A DNA stretch of 64,000 nucleotides from Eledone cirrhosa (taxonomy: Eukaryota): positions 55,924,001 to 55,988,000 of the forward strand of contig OZ024749.1 of NCBI GenBank assembly GCA_964016885.1, given 5' to 3'. Numbering within the stretch: the stretch's first letter is position 1; each line of letters opens with the position of its first letter. Under the pieces are notes generated by a model. It saw nothing but the letters and a program-made list of their open reading frames with translations, was not told the DNA's origin and did no database searches. Below are positions 1-13,480 of the stretch, piece after piece. Both the position numbers and the translations under genes were made by a program.

Positions 1-2931
1 ATGCGTGCATGTGTAATATGTGCGGATACAGGCTTGTGTGTTTTGGGCGTGAGTGTGGGGTTAGTGTATAGCATCGATTGGATTTTGGATGTCGGACGAA
101 TGTGACTGGATCGTTATATTTATAGACAAGCAAGTCTTGAACAGTGAATGTGTGTGTAAATGTGTGGGAAGAGTGTGTATGTTTGTGTGTATGCGTGTGC
201 ATGATAAGGTTTGTATGTAATTTGTATGTGAGTTTATTTGTAGCGATGTAGATGTATTGTTTGTTAGTATGCATGTATATGTACATGTATGTATAAATAT
301 ATATGTTTATGTGTATGTGTGTACGCTTATGTATATGTGGGTAAACATGTAAAGTGATGAGTGAGAGACGGGGCAAACAGACATTCAGACAGACAGAGAG
401 TTATTGAGCAAGGGAGAGAAAAAGTGGTACATACACACACATTGTTATATTCTCACAAGCATAGACACACACACACATACAGGCACGTGTATATGTATAT
501 ATTGATATTGATATATATAATGATAGAGAATCAGAGGGGACAGGACCAGAGAGAGAGGGAGAGAGAGAGAGAGAGAGAGGCTGAGATGAGGCATTTGGGA
601 CAATAGAACTATGTTTCAAGAAGAAAAGACAGTTGAACAGAAACGAAAGGTGAAAAGAGAGAAGGAAAGAAAGAACGAAAATAACGGTGGAGGGGGGGGG
701 GGCAAGCAAAAATGGAAGTTGTCTGTGAAGACAGGAAAGGGAGACAACTGATATTTTGAACGGGACATGTTGAAGGATGTCGAGAGAAAAATGGTGGAAG
801 GAAGAGGAAAGAGTTAGAGAGAGAAGAGGCTGAAAGATATATGTATATATTTATATATGTGTGTGCGTGTGTGTGTGTGTGTGTGTATATATATAATATA
901 TATATATGTGTGTATATGTATATATGCGTGTGTATTATACACTTGCATATACATATATATATAAATAGAGAGAGAGGTAGTGAGAATTTGAAGGAGGTGG
1001 AGTGAGTATGTAGAAGAGAAATTGGGAGAGAGAGAGAGGGATAAGGGGGGGAGGCTAAGACATAGCAAGATTGTGAGATAGTGAGAGGTTGAGAGGGAGA
1101 GTGGGAAGTTAGATATATATAGAGAGAGGGAGAGCTAGAAAGAGAAATGTGGAAAGATATAGCGAGGCTAAAAAGGGACAGGGAGAAGTTAAATATATAT
1201 ATATAGAGAGAGTTAGAAAGAGAGTGGTTTAAAGATAGAGAGGTTGAGAGAGATTCGTATATAGAGAGGGAGAGATCTTTTGTGTGTATATAACGGTGAC
1301 AGTGTGTTAGAGTGTGTGTGAGAATCGGAGAAAGAGAGAATGAGGGACAGAGGGAGTAGGAGATCCAGAGAGAGAGAGAGATTGAGAGACGAGTGTATAT
1401 GAGACAATGTGTGAGTGTGTTAGATCGTATGTGTCTATTGATGTGTGTATGTTAAAATATGTGAGTGTTTGAGTGAGTGTGTGTGTTTGGTAAGTGACAA
1501 TTTGGATGGGGATGTATGTATGTACGTATAAGGTATATATGTATATATGTATGTAAGTATGTATATGTGAGTGTATGCACATCTATATGTACATATATAT
1601 GTACATATATGTGTATGAGAGAGTAAATATATGTTTGTAAGGGAGAAAGTTGGGTAAGGGTATGTGCTGCAAGGCAAGGGGTGTAGAGAGGGTAGTTTGG
1701 GTGGGTGATCATTCGAGAGCGTAGTACTGAAGGGTGTGTAGAGTTTGATAGGGGGTTAGATTTTGGTGGGGGTGTGTAGAGTTTGGTGGGGCGTGTAAAG
1801 TCAGGTGGGGGTGTGTAGAGTTAGGTGGGGGTGTTGGAGAGCGTAGTTTTGAAGCCAGAGGTGTTTAGTGGATAGGGTGGGGGGCTGGAGACCCTAGTTT
1901 TGTAGCAAAGGGTTGGTGTGTGGGGAGGCGGAGGCTAGAGTGCCTAGTATTGAAGCCAGGGGGCTATGGGTTAGGGCTTGAGAGCGTAGTATTGAAGGAA
2001 AGTGGTGTGAGGGAGGGTCTATGAGAAATATTGATTGGAATTTCATCTCGGTCGCAATGTTGCAGAGACTATCCTGGGCTGATTGGCCAACAGGAAAGTG
2101 GAGGAGGGGAGTGGGGATATAGAACAGCTACGTGAACAGTAACAACAACAACAACTACCACCTCGACCGCCGCCACTACTGTCACTACTACCTCTACCAC
2201 AATTATCACCACAGCCATCATCACAACCAGCAAAAAGGCAATCATTACCACCGCCACTACGACTAATACCCCTGACACCAACCTCACCACTACCACCAAC
2301 ACTATCACCACCAGTACCACCACCACCACTTCAACCACCAGCACCACCAGCACCACAACAACCACCATAACCACCACCACCACTACAACCACCAGTACCA
2401 CCACCACCACTACAACCACCAGCACCACAACAACCACCAGTGCCACCACCACCACTACCACCATCTCTACCATCACAACAACAACAACTACAACAAATAC
2501 AAAGACGATGACATCAAAAACAACAACAGCAACAACTACCAGAAAAAATACAACAGCACCAGCAACAACAAAAACATCAACATCCAACAAATACCAAGAT
2601 CAAGGAGGAGTAGGAGGACGATAAAAGGGAATAGGAGAGAGAGGAGGATGAGTAGGAGGGGGCAGCAATATAAAGAAAGGGGTGAAGAACAGTCTTGTTT
2701 GACAGCAAATATAAGGGAAAACGTGAAGAAAAACACTATTCTAGATGTATGTCAATGAGTGGGGGGGGGGGGGATAGCCTTAGAACTTGCAGGAAGAAAT
2801 AGGATCGCAGTGAATGACAGACGGAAGGACAGAAGTACTGGGCTTGCATATGACTAGGTATATACAGGAGTAGAATAAGGGTTTGGATTGATATAAATGC
2901 ATACATACATTCATATATACATATATATATT

Positions 2932-2965
<34 letters not shown>

Positions 2966-2967
2966 AC

Positions 2968-3143
2968 TGTTTCTCCTTTTGGCACAAGGCCAACAATTAC
3001 CCAGTGCATTACTGGTACTTTATTTTATCGACCCCGTAAGGATGAAAGGCAAAGTCAACCTCGGCGGGATTTGAACTCAGATCGTAAAGGTACGTAACTA
3101 TGCTGGAAAGCATGGCGTCCGACCTTCTACCGATACTGCCAAT
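2968..3143 (-). mobile_element. tRNA-derived SINE family A (Meta/MESC-like core)
   Basis: B-box GAGTTCAAATCC plus GCCGAGGTTGACTTTGCCTTTCATCCTTACGGGGTCGATAAAATAAAGTACCAGT. Confidence 0.85.
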
Positions 3144-3226
3144 CCACCGCCACATGTATATATATATATATAACGGCGATGAATTAGTTTTGCGAGGTTT
3201 TTTATATGAAATCGTGTGTCGAAACA

Positions 3227-3915
3227 AATATTGTTATACTTGGAAGGGTCATATTTGTGTAATATTGCCAGAATTAATAACAGAACACATATAACAAATA
3301 AATAAATAAATAAACAGACTAAATAAAGATGGCGTAGGCATACAATACAACGAGAGGAAACATAATAACACCACTGACAATGTTGCAGATGTGCAACGAA
3401 AGAACTTTGTTAGACTATATATATATGTGTTTGTGTCTATACTGTATCTGTATTTTTGACCGTTGGTCAGTCAATGGTAACACTGAGGACCGAATAAATT
3501 AAATTAACTGGTATAAAAGACATAGAAGCGAAAACCAATCAAACAGTTAGTGTGTTCTGTTATTAATTCTGGCAATATTATTACACAAATATGACCCTCC
3601 CCAAGTATAACAATATATATATATATATTGTCACACTTGGGGAGGGTCATATTGTTGTAATAATAATATTGCCAGAATTAATAACAGAACACACTCACTG
3701 TTTGGTTGGTTTTCGCTTCTATGACTTTTATATCTCCATAGTTAATTTATTTGCTAATCAACGTTTATCATTGATTGACCAACGGTTAAAAATACAGTTA
3801 TAAATATATATATATAGTCTATCAAAGTTCTTTCGTCACACATCTGCAACATCATCAGTGGTACTATTATGTTCCCTCCTATTGTATTGTAATGTCTACC
3901 CCATTTTTATTTTAT
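3227..3915. mobile_element. Family 3 element cluster: about 300-bp diverged inverted pair around a TA spacer, each arm with a hammerhead-like core
   Basis: 3315-3615 is the diverged reverse complement of 3625-3915; cores CTGACAA-T-GTTGCA/TGCAAC-GAAA (3374, +) and CTGATGA-T-GTTGCA/TGTGAC-GAAA (3858, -); extra inverted fragment at 3227-3292. Confidence 0.55.
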
Positions 3916-4497
3916 TTATATACAAGTATATACAAATACATTTACGAGATCACACGACCACAAGATGCCACTATGTCCGTGCAACATACAAACTTATTCA
4001 ATGATAGCCACAATGAATTCCAGAGACAGAGTATGACCATACAGGTTTAGTAGTGTGCTGGCAATAATCGAACAAATTTAATTAGGGTTATCAATAGAAT
4101 TAGCACAACTAATACGAACCCATTAATAAATCAAACCAATTAATTAAAAAACCCATTATATATATATATATATATATATGTGTGTGGGGGGGGGGGTATC
4201 CGCATGTGTACATAGATATTTGTTTGAGTGCGTATGTCTGGAGGTGAGGAGAAAGTGAAAGAGAATCAAGAGATATTTGGAGAGAAATTGAAAAACTTTG
4301 ATGGTGCCAATATAAAGTAGAAATGTGATATAGAACAAACAAATAAAAGGATAGGAAGAATACAAGACCTGGTCAGTTAGTGTGGTGGTAGAGTGGGGGT
4401 ACTAAGTGGCGTATAATATATACTTGTGTATACGTATGAAGCTACAAGCACGAATGTTCTGAGACAATTTTAGTAGTGTTAGTATAGTATAATGCTA

Positions 4498-4552
<55 letters not shown>

Positions 4553-5885
4553 GATCGTTCTAACGGACATTTCGCATAAATTATACATTAGATGAATTAT
4601 CTAGATAAATCACAATAAAATCAGTGAAGGAATTTTACAGCTGAATTTCAGCTGATATTGCTCTTCTTCAACCTGCCAACATAATTGTATTATTCTTAAG
4701 ATGCCATGTAAATAACCTCCTTAGAACAGAAATTAACAGCAAACATCACTTTAATAGCCACCTACAGGTACTTCTGCCGTAAAGTGCTGAAATTTCGACG
4801 TCAGTAGAAATGGTACATTGCAAGTAATTTTCTTAGAGAATTAAATATTCTTCAGCTATGTTTCAGCTTCAAATCCTTGCTAGATTTAATTGATATTTCT
4901 TACAATTTGGATTTAATAAAGGTTTTACCTGGATTAAATTTTTCCTAAGTATTTCTATATATTTTCCCGGCAAATATCTGTAACATTTTGTACATTTATT
5001 TAGTGATTTTGTCGTCATTACTCCAGTAAATTTGAGATAGTCTTTGTTTCACTGGTGAGATAAAACAACGAATTATTTGACTATTATTCTTTATTTCTCA
5101 GCACACAGTAAATGGATGGTTGGTCCCTTGTCTCCTGGTGGGACTAAAAGGGTGCAGTATTAGCATATGGCGTGTCTAGGGCATTTTTAAACGTGGAAGA
5201 GCACACCCCATCTCCAGACCTGAGCACACCAGATTTCTTCCAGAGAAGGATAGAGATAGAAATAACCTTTGCCTGAATATTGTGATTTCATTACTGTCTC
5301 TTCAGAGAGATAATTCTTTCAATGAATACATTTTAAAATGAACAAATATGACATAAATTGCAAAACACCCTTTCAATTATTACATCACCTTTAGTGGCGA
5401 AGCAGAAACACATTAAACTTTACAATGTCGGAAGAGAATAATAGAAAATTATTTGAGAATATTTAAAGTTTTCGATAGATTTCATTTGAAGAATCAGGCA
5501 TTAAAGTTCTGAAAATATAAAGATGTGATAATGATTATTTTTCTCGGTGTAATGACCACCATATAACCACAAAATATTATTTCAGATTCCTTTGTGAAAT
5601 ATCTCAAATGAATTCTTCGTTTAACAACACCTACATAATGTTCACTGAATACATATCATTAAGAAGCAGATCAACTTTAATTTCATAAATGAATCATATT
5701 TTAATGACCAGTCTGGGATTATGACAACAAATACCGTTTATTTACTTTTGTATTTTTATTGTTGGTGTTGTAGTCTTTGGAAACCATTAAAATACGAAAT
5801 AGATACAATTTTCTATATTAGAATAATGCAATAATATTATCCATTATGAAATACAACATTGAGTGTATAATAAATTTACAAACAA

Positions 5886-5941
<56 letters not shown>

Positions 5942-5945
<4 letters not shown>

Positions 5946-6163
5946 TTAATATAGATGAGATTCTGCAGGACTAGAACTGTTTCATTCATAAGAAATCATC
6001 AGGAATCTGGGTATCAAAAAATAAATATCAGATTCCTGATGATTTCTTATGAATGAAACAGTTCTAGTCCTGTAGAATCTCATCTATATTAAAACTGTTA
6101 TACTCTGCTATGTATTGAGTACCTTACTTACTGTGGTTACCTCCGTTTCAACCCGGAATAACG

Positions 6164-6165
<2 letters not shown>
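5942..6165. mobile_element. Penelope-pLTR-like element, family 1, with 68-bp inverted arms, between (TA)n tracts
   Basis: Arms 5942-6009 and 6029-6096 are reverse complements with 1 mismatch; each carries the hammerhead motif; relatives at 37950-38062 and 38660-38775. Confidence 0.65.
6030..6080 (+). ncRNA. Hammerhead ribozyme (family 1), stem II closing pair mutated
   Basis: AGATTC-CTGATGA-TTTC TTAT GAAT-GAAA-CAG TTCTAGTC CTG-TA-GAATCT; perfect 6-bp stem I. Confidence 0.7.
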
Positions 6166-6195
<30 letters not shown>

Positions 6196-6907
6196 TGTGT
6201 GTGTAAATAGAGAATATTAGTTCTTTCAAACATTGTGCTTTAAAGACACGACTGTGTCCAAGTTTAATCACTGGTATAAAATGCTTTCATATATCTTCAA
6301 TAGGCCTTTATGTTTAGTTTGGAACAATAACCTTTCTAAATTCATTAGTCCATTAATATCTCGAGAACTTTGCAGCCTGCAACAAAATGGTTGTGAATAG
6401 CATTCAAATCAATAAAAAATTTAGAGAGAGAATTTATTAAAAAAAACACACGAAAAAACACGAGTAAAAAGCATTTCTGTAAGTAAATTTTTCTGTCTTA
6501 TATAACACTGGTCAGATGATGATGATGATAGTGGTGATGATAATTTTGTTGTCCATATGTCAAGCTAGCAGACCATAAGACGCCCAGCCGGAGAACCAGT
6601 AAACAGACAGGCATCCCGCTTTCTCGTCAACCAACCAGTCAACCATCCAACCATTTAGTCAGCCAGCTGGCTATGTATTATCCTAGCCAACGCAGCCATC
6701 TTGTCTCACACAATCCTGTTACTGAAACAGGAACAAAAATATTACGTAAAAATCTAATCTGTGTAAGTTTGCCGTCCAACATTAGCGTCCCAGGTAATAA
6801 AGTAATGTTGTTGGGAAGAAATGGCAGAACGGAGCTGTACAAATATAGCTAACGCTGTAGGGAATATACAACATCGGATTCATTACCACTTTCTTCCTCA
6901 CCATTCG

Positions 6908-6939
<32 letters not shown>

Positions 6940-7003
6940 TTTCTTTTTTTTTCTTTCTTTTTCTCTCTCTCTCCCTCTCTCTCTCTTGCCTATATCTCTC
7001 TCT

Positions 7004-7065
<62 letters not shown>

Positions 7066-7479
7066 AGAGAGAGATAGATATATAATGTGTGTGTGTGTGT
7101 TCACATTTCCTTCTCTCTCAACCACTTTATTTCTCGCCCTCACCCTTATACATACATGCATACATATTTACAGTATATATATATATATACACTCTTCCTT
7201 GACTACACCCCATCTTCCTCTCTGTTCCATAAACCAACCAATCAACCAGCCAGCCAACAAAATCTGTATACGGCTCTATTAAAGACATACACACACACAC
7301 AAACCACAGTCGCCATGAAATGTGCTATGGACACGCTAGTAGCTAACATGTGTATTTGCATGTGCAAACTTATGCGCCGCTCTACGTAGAAGTCTATAAA
7401 TTGCATGTAAGCTGCTGTGTTAAAACCATATCTGCTTCTTCCTTCTGGAAATACACTGGTCATGCAGAATATGCTTTAT

Positions 7480-7589
<110 letters not shown>

Positions 7590-8145
7590 CGTATGCACAC
7601 ACATTCACAAGCACATGCTTACTCACATGTACATGCACACTCTCATATACTATATAGGATCTTTTCAGTTCATCGAACAGTGTTCGATATTGTTAATTTC
7701 AACACAAACGTAGATTTTCATGAGAATTACGAATATCACTTTCATTTCAGTTTTTTTTTATGGAGAAATTTTTAACAATGTTGTTGTTGTTGTTGTTATT
7801 GTCCGTGTTACTGTTGACCCTTCATTGTCATCGAGTTTTTGTTGTCTACCTTGGTTGGTCCTTCGCTGTTTACATCATATCCGTTCTTGTAAAAATGAGC
7901 TTAAGGATATGGATGTCTTTGATTAGTTAAAATATTTTCTTATATTATTCTATTTGTTTTCCCCTTGTTTCTGTCAGTTGACTGCGGCCATGCTGATGCA
8001 CGGTCTTGATTTAATTCATCATATCGACCAACGTATCCAGTATTTTCAGAGACATTTTTTTTTTTTTTTACTGATCTTATTGTCGAACCGCTAAGTTACC
8101 GGATGTAAACACAGCCAAGTATCAGTGTAAACCTTTGTTTGTTTG

Positions 8146-8228
<83 letters not shown>

Positions 8229-8396
8229 CTGACCAAGAAATTCCTGTCATAGTGCATTGACCAACCTCAGGCAAAAGTCACTTCACTAAGATACCACACA
8301 GTGGGACTAAACACAGAACCAAGTGGTTACAAGCGAACTCTTTAACCACACAGCCACTTTATGCAGTTTTAAAGAGCTGTATAATTTTTCTTTATT

Positions 8397-8576
8397 AATT
8401 GGCAGTATCGGTAGAAGGTCGGACGCCATGCTTTCCAGCATAGTTACGTCCCTTTACGGTCTGAGTTCCAATCCCTTCGAGGTTAACTTTGCCTTCATCC
8501 TTACGAGGTCGATAAAATAAAGTACCAGTAATGTACAGAGTATTTGCTGGCCTTGTGCCAAAAGTAGAAACAATTA
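8397..8576 (+). mobile_element. SINE family A
   Basis: Same consensus as 2968-3143. Confidence 0.85.
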
Positions 8577-9111
8577 ATTTCTATAAATAAAATAGCAGTC
8601 AAATACTGCGGTCAGTTTAATCGTCTTTTCCATTCACCCCACACGCTAATTGCTGGCAATGGGTCTAATTTAGAAGCCATTATCCTAATCTCACCCTGAC
8701 AATTTAGTCTTTCATCTGCCCAGTGTCGTTAAAATAAAGGATTAGTTAAGTTAAATACTGTGCTTCGTATAATCTAATTTTCTCTTCCCTAAATTTCTGG
8801 CCTTGTGCGATTGTTAGAAAAAAAAAAAAATTATAAATTTCTTCTTTTTCAAAACAAAAAACATTTAAAATTTAAATAATGAATAAAAAAGACTTGATTT
8901 TCGTAATCAGCATGCAAAGCTACATCTGTCTGGAAATTTCCATAAAAATCGAAGAGCGTTCGTCAAACAAGAAAGATGCATTATATATGTTGGAGCTGTG
9001 TTTCTGGTGCTAACAGATTTTCTAAAGTATAACTTCATTTAATTAGTGCCTTAATTATGGTACATCACACATATATATGAGTATGTATGTAGGTACGGAA
9101 ATGTGTGTATA

Positions 9112-9682
9112 TCTGTATATATATAAAACTGAAGTTTTCTGTATGTGTGTGTGGACAATTTTTAATGAGGGCTCATATATTCTAAACCATTCATGCGATT
9201 TCTTTGAAATTTTTTACACAGCTTCTCCTTGCAGAAAACCTGTACATGATCTACAAACGCTTTCAAAAATCAATATTGGGGCCTTTGGGACATTAAAAAA
9301 TGTTTCGTTTATTTGTGTCGATTTTCGTGATTAAGTAAGACAAGAGTTATCTTTCGTCAATACGATAGGAACGTATTTTTGATGTTGTCAAAAATTTTGT
9401 TTTGGGATTTTGAATATTACAATTCGGCTCATTCGGATTTTACTTTACTCTTTGTACTTGAAACAAAAAGTTTTACTGTCGTCAAAACTAGATTTCTGTT
9501 GTTACATGGGATAACGGATGACACCGAGCTCACATATTAATTATTTCGCTGGAATAGTGCCTAAGGTTTTCATGTTTACATAAAGTACGTTTTTCTTCTA
9601 TGTATTCAAGTTTAATTTGTTTAGTTTAATGAGCTACATCGAAAGCTACTTGAACCGTCCAAAGGACGGGTACTTTAGCTAG
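9112..9682 (+). mobile_element. Non-autonomous Helitron, full length (about 571 bp)
   Basis: 5' A|TCTGTATATATATAAAACTGAAG; 3' hairpin CCGTCC-AAA-GGACGG at 9655-9669, then CTAG|T at 9679-9682; inserted between A and T. Confidence 0.75.
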
Positions 9683-9798
9683 TATATATATATATGTGTG
9701 TGTGTGTATGTATATATATGAGAAATTTTGATCCGGAATTATTGCCAGTGTCCGACGCCCCTGCAGTTTCCAGAATCAGACAGATCCATACAATGATC

Positions 9799-9836
9799 GT
9801 GTCTCGAGCTGTCTGCCGGCGAAACAATTGTAACAC
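9799..9836 (+). ncRNA. Degenerate hammerhead (2-nt deletion in CUGANGA)
   Basis: GTGT-CTCGA-GCTG..CGGC-GAAA-CAATTG-TA-ACAC; palindromic ACAATTGT. Confidence 0.5.
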
Positions 9837-9874
9837 AATAAACTGAGTCCAGATGCATCACTAATTTTTTTTTT

Positions 9875-9920
<46 letters not shown>

Positions 9921-9922
<2 letters not shown>

Positions 9923-10186
9923 CGAAGGATGTGTGGTAAGGAGCCAGATGGACCATAACGCATCAGAGTACTCAATACTTAGGGTAGTAGAGTGGGTAAT
10001 AGGAAAATGTTTGACCCCGACGGCAGAGCTCAAGCCGTTTCGACGGCTATTTCTGAGACCAGAAATAGCCGTCGAAACAGCTTGAGCTCTGCCGTCGGGG
10101 TCAAACATTTTCCTATATATATATATGGGGTAGTATAGCCGTCGAAACGGCTTGAGCCCTGCCGTCGGGGTCATACCTTTTCCTAT
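9921..10186. mobile_element. Family 2 half-hammerhead element with 57-bp fold-back hairpin
   Basis: 9999-10055 and 10060-10116 are reverse complements (1 mismatch, 4-nt loop); GAAA-CGGC...GCCG-TC matches the hammerhead 3' half; third partial copy at 10135-10186; (TA)n flanks. Confidence 0.6.
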
Positions 10187-10560
10187 ATATATATATATAT
10201 ATATATAACCATGTATACACTAACACAAACACATACATACAGACACAGACATACACACAGACACATACAGACATACACTGTCATAGACATACAGAGAAGG
10301 AAACAGAGAAGAAAATGTAGAATGAGAGACGAAGCAAAGGAAAGGCTTGGAGACATGGAGAGGAAGAGGACGGAGACAGGAAGAGTGTGGATGGAATTAA
10401 TGAGAAAATTAGATAGAGGCGAACAACGAAAAGACAGCTACAAACAGTGGCAGATGTGTATGTATGGGTGTATGTGTGTGTCTGTGTATGTATGTATATA
10501 TGTGTGTGTGTGTATGCATGTGTGTGATGTGCCTGAGTGTGTATGTATGCACGTATGTAC

Positions 10561-10592
<32 letters not shown>

Positions 10593-10984
10593 ATAGTTTA
10601 TATATGTTTCTATGTACGTACGTATGTATATATGTATGTACGTACATATATATATATATGTTTGTATCAATGTATGTATACGTATGTATGTTTATATATG
10701 TTTGTATGTATGTATGTACATATATATATATGTTTGTATATGTGTGCATGTATGTATGTATCTATGTATAGATGTGCATGCACATGTATATATATGTGCA
10801 TTTGTTATAGTATGTATATTTGTATGTATGTATATCTATTTATGTATGTATATAGGTGTGTGTATATATTTATGTAAGTTAGCATATATGTATGTATATG
10901 TATGTGTTATTGTATGTGTGTATGCTATTGCCTGTATACTAATAGGTCTTTATGCCATACATACATACATCTCTCTGCGTGTGT

Positions 10985-12515
10985 TTTTTGTGAGGTACAT
11001 GTCTCTATGTGTTTGTGGTACATGTATGTATATGTTTGTGTGGTACATGTATGTATATGTTTGTGTGGTACATGTCTCTATATGTTTGTGAGGTACAAGT
11101 ATGTATATGTTTATCTGGTACATGTATGCATATGTTTGTGGTACATGTATGTATATGTTTGTGTGGTACATGTCTCTATATGTTTGTGAGGTACAAGTAT
11201 GTATATGTTTATGTGGTACATGTATGCATATGTTTATGTGGTACATGTATGTATATGTTTGTGGTACATGTATGTATATGTTTTTGAGGTTCATGTATAT
11301 ATATGTTTATGTGGTACATGTATGTATATGTTTGTGAGGTACATGTATATATATGTTTATGTGGTACATGTATGTATATGTTTGTCTGGTACATGTCTCT
11401 ATGTTTGTGAGGTACCTGTATGTATATGTTTATGTGGTACATGTATGTATATGTTTATGTGGTACATGTATATGTTTGTGAGGTACATGTCTCTATATGT
11501 TTGTGAGGTACAAGTATGTATATGTTTATGTGGTACATGTATGTATATGTTTATGTGGTACATGTATGTATATGTTTATGTGGTACATGTATGTATATGT
11601 TTGTGAGGTACATGTATGTATATGTTTATGTGGTACATGTATGTATATGTTTGTGGTACATGTATGTATATGTTTTTGAGGTTCATGTATATATATGTTT
11701 ATGTGGTACATGTATGTATATGTTTGTGAGGTACATGTATATATATGTTTATGTGGTACATGTATGTATATGTTTGTCTGGTACATGTCTCTATGTTTGT
11801 GAGGTACCTGTATGTATATGTTTATGTGGTACATGTATGTATATGTTTATGTGGTACATGTATATGTTTGTGAGGTACATGTCTCTATATGTTTGTGAGG
11901 TACAAGTATGTATATGTTTATGTGGTACATGTATGTATATGTTTGTGAGGTACATGTATGTATATGTTTATGTGGTACATGTATGTATATGTTTGTGTGG
12001 TACATGTCTCTATATGTTTGTGTGGTACATGTATGTATATGTTTATGTGGTACATGTATGTATATGTTTATGTGGTACATGTATGTATATGTTTGTGTGA
12101 TACATGTCTCTATATGTTTGTGTGGTACATGTATGTATATGTTTGTGTGATACATGTCTCTATATGTTTGTGTGGTACATGTATGTATATGTTTGTGGTA
12201 CATGTATGTATATGTTTGTGGTACATGTATGTATATGTTTTTTGAGGTTCATGTATATATATGTTTATGTGGTACATGTATGTATATGTTTGTCTGGTAC
12301 ATGTCTCTATGTTTGTGAGGTACCTGTATGTATATGTTTGTGTGGTACATGTATGTATATGTTTGTGTGGTACATGTATGTATATGTTTGTGAGGTACAT
12401 GTATGTATATGTTTATGTGGTACATGTATGTATATGTTTGTGAGGTACATGTATGTATATGTTTGTGATGTACATGTATGTATATTGTTGTGAGGTACAT
12501 GTATGTATATGTTTG
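10985..12515. repeat. About 25-bp satellite (ATGTGGTACATGTATGTATATGTTT) with 392-bp higher-order duplication
   Basis: Direct tandem units; the TTTTTGAGGTTCATG variant recurs 392 bp apart (11281, 11673). Confidence 0.9.
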
Positions 12516-12910
12516 TGTGTCAATAACCCCTAACCTTCTTCAACACACTATCACTATATAGCCCTATATAAAACAGACGTTCCACTCTCCCTTGGTGTCT
12601 GTGGGTGTGTTTGTAATGTGAAAGGAACTGCAGCCCAGCAACGAAGGTGTGATGGTGACACAATAAAACTACATTTTCCCGCCTTCCACCACAATAAACC
12701 ATGTCAGCACTATTCACTCTCTCCACATTGTAACTACTAAATACATATACACAATAATTACCTTCACGATATCTTTCCCCCTTAACTTACCTTTACTATT
12801 CTTACATTATCATGTCTCCCTGTCTGTCTATCTATTTGTCTATCTATCTGTCTGTCTGTCTGTCTGTCCATATATCTATCTACGTATTTATCTGACTAGA
12901 CACACACACA

Positions 12911-12945
<35 letters not shown>

Positions 12946-13201
12946 CCCTCTATCTGATTATCTATCGCTCTGTCTGCCTATCTATCTGTAAATAAAGAAA
13001 ACACAAAAGTAGATAAGTTGATTGATAGATATATAGATAGACAGAAGGGTGTTAGTGTGTATATAGATAGACAGAAGGGTGTTAGTGTGTATATAGATAG
13101 AAAAGGTATTTTGGGAGAACGACATATACAGATAGATAGCTACCAATGTATTAAATAAGTTAAAATGTCAGGTAAAGATTGCATAACAACTACAATAACA
13201 A

Positions 13202-13379
13202 TTGTTTCCACTTTAGGCACAAGGCCAGCAATAACCCAGTACATTACTGGTACTTTATTTTATCGACCCCGTAAGGATGAAAGGCAAAGTTAACCTCGGC
13301 GGGATTTGAACTCAGATCGTAAAGGGACGTAACTATGCTGCAAAGCATGTCGTCCGACTCTCTACCGATACTGCCAATA
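13202..13379 (-). mobile_element. SINE family A
   Basis: Near-identical to 2968-3143. Confidence 0.85.
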
Positions 13380-13444
13380 ATAATAATAATAATATTATAT
13401 ATATCTAATATATAGTTAAATAGATAGGTGCCATACATCAATGC

Positions 13445-13480
<36 letters not shown>

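Noticed and set aside
2069-2590. Val-rich membrane-like ORF
   Set aside because: Antisense reading of (CCA/CAA)n repeats.
4630-4675. Minus-strand TTGAAGA...GAAA-TTCAGCTG-TA hammerhead-like
   Set aside because: Core mismatch, insertion after GAAA and no stem I.
12520-12726. Non-repetitive short ORF near a TATA-like TATATAAAA
   Set aside because: No recognisable homology or convincing splice signals.
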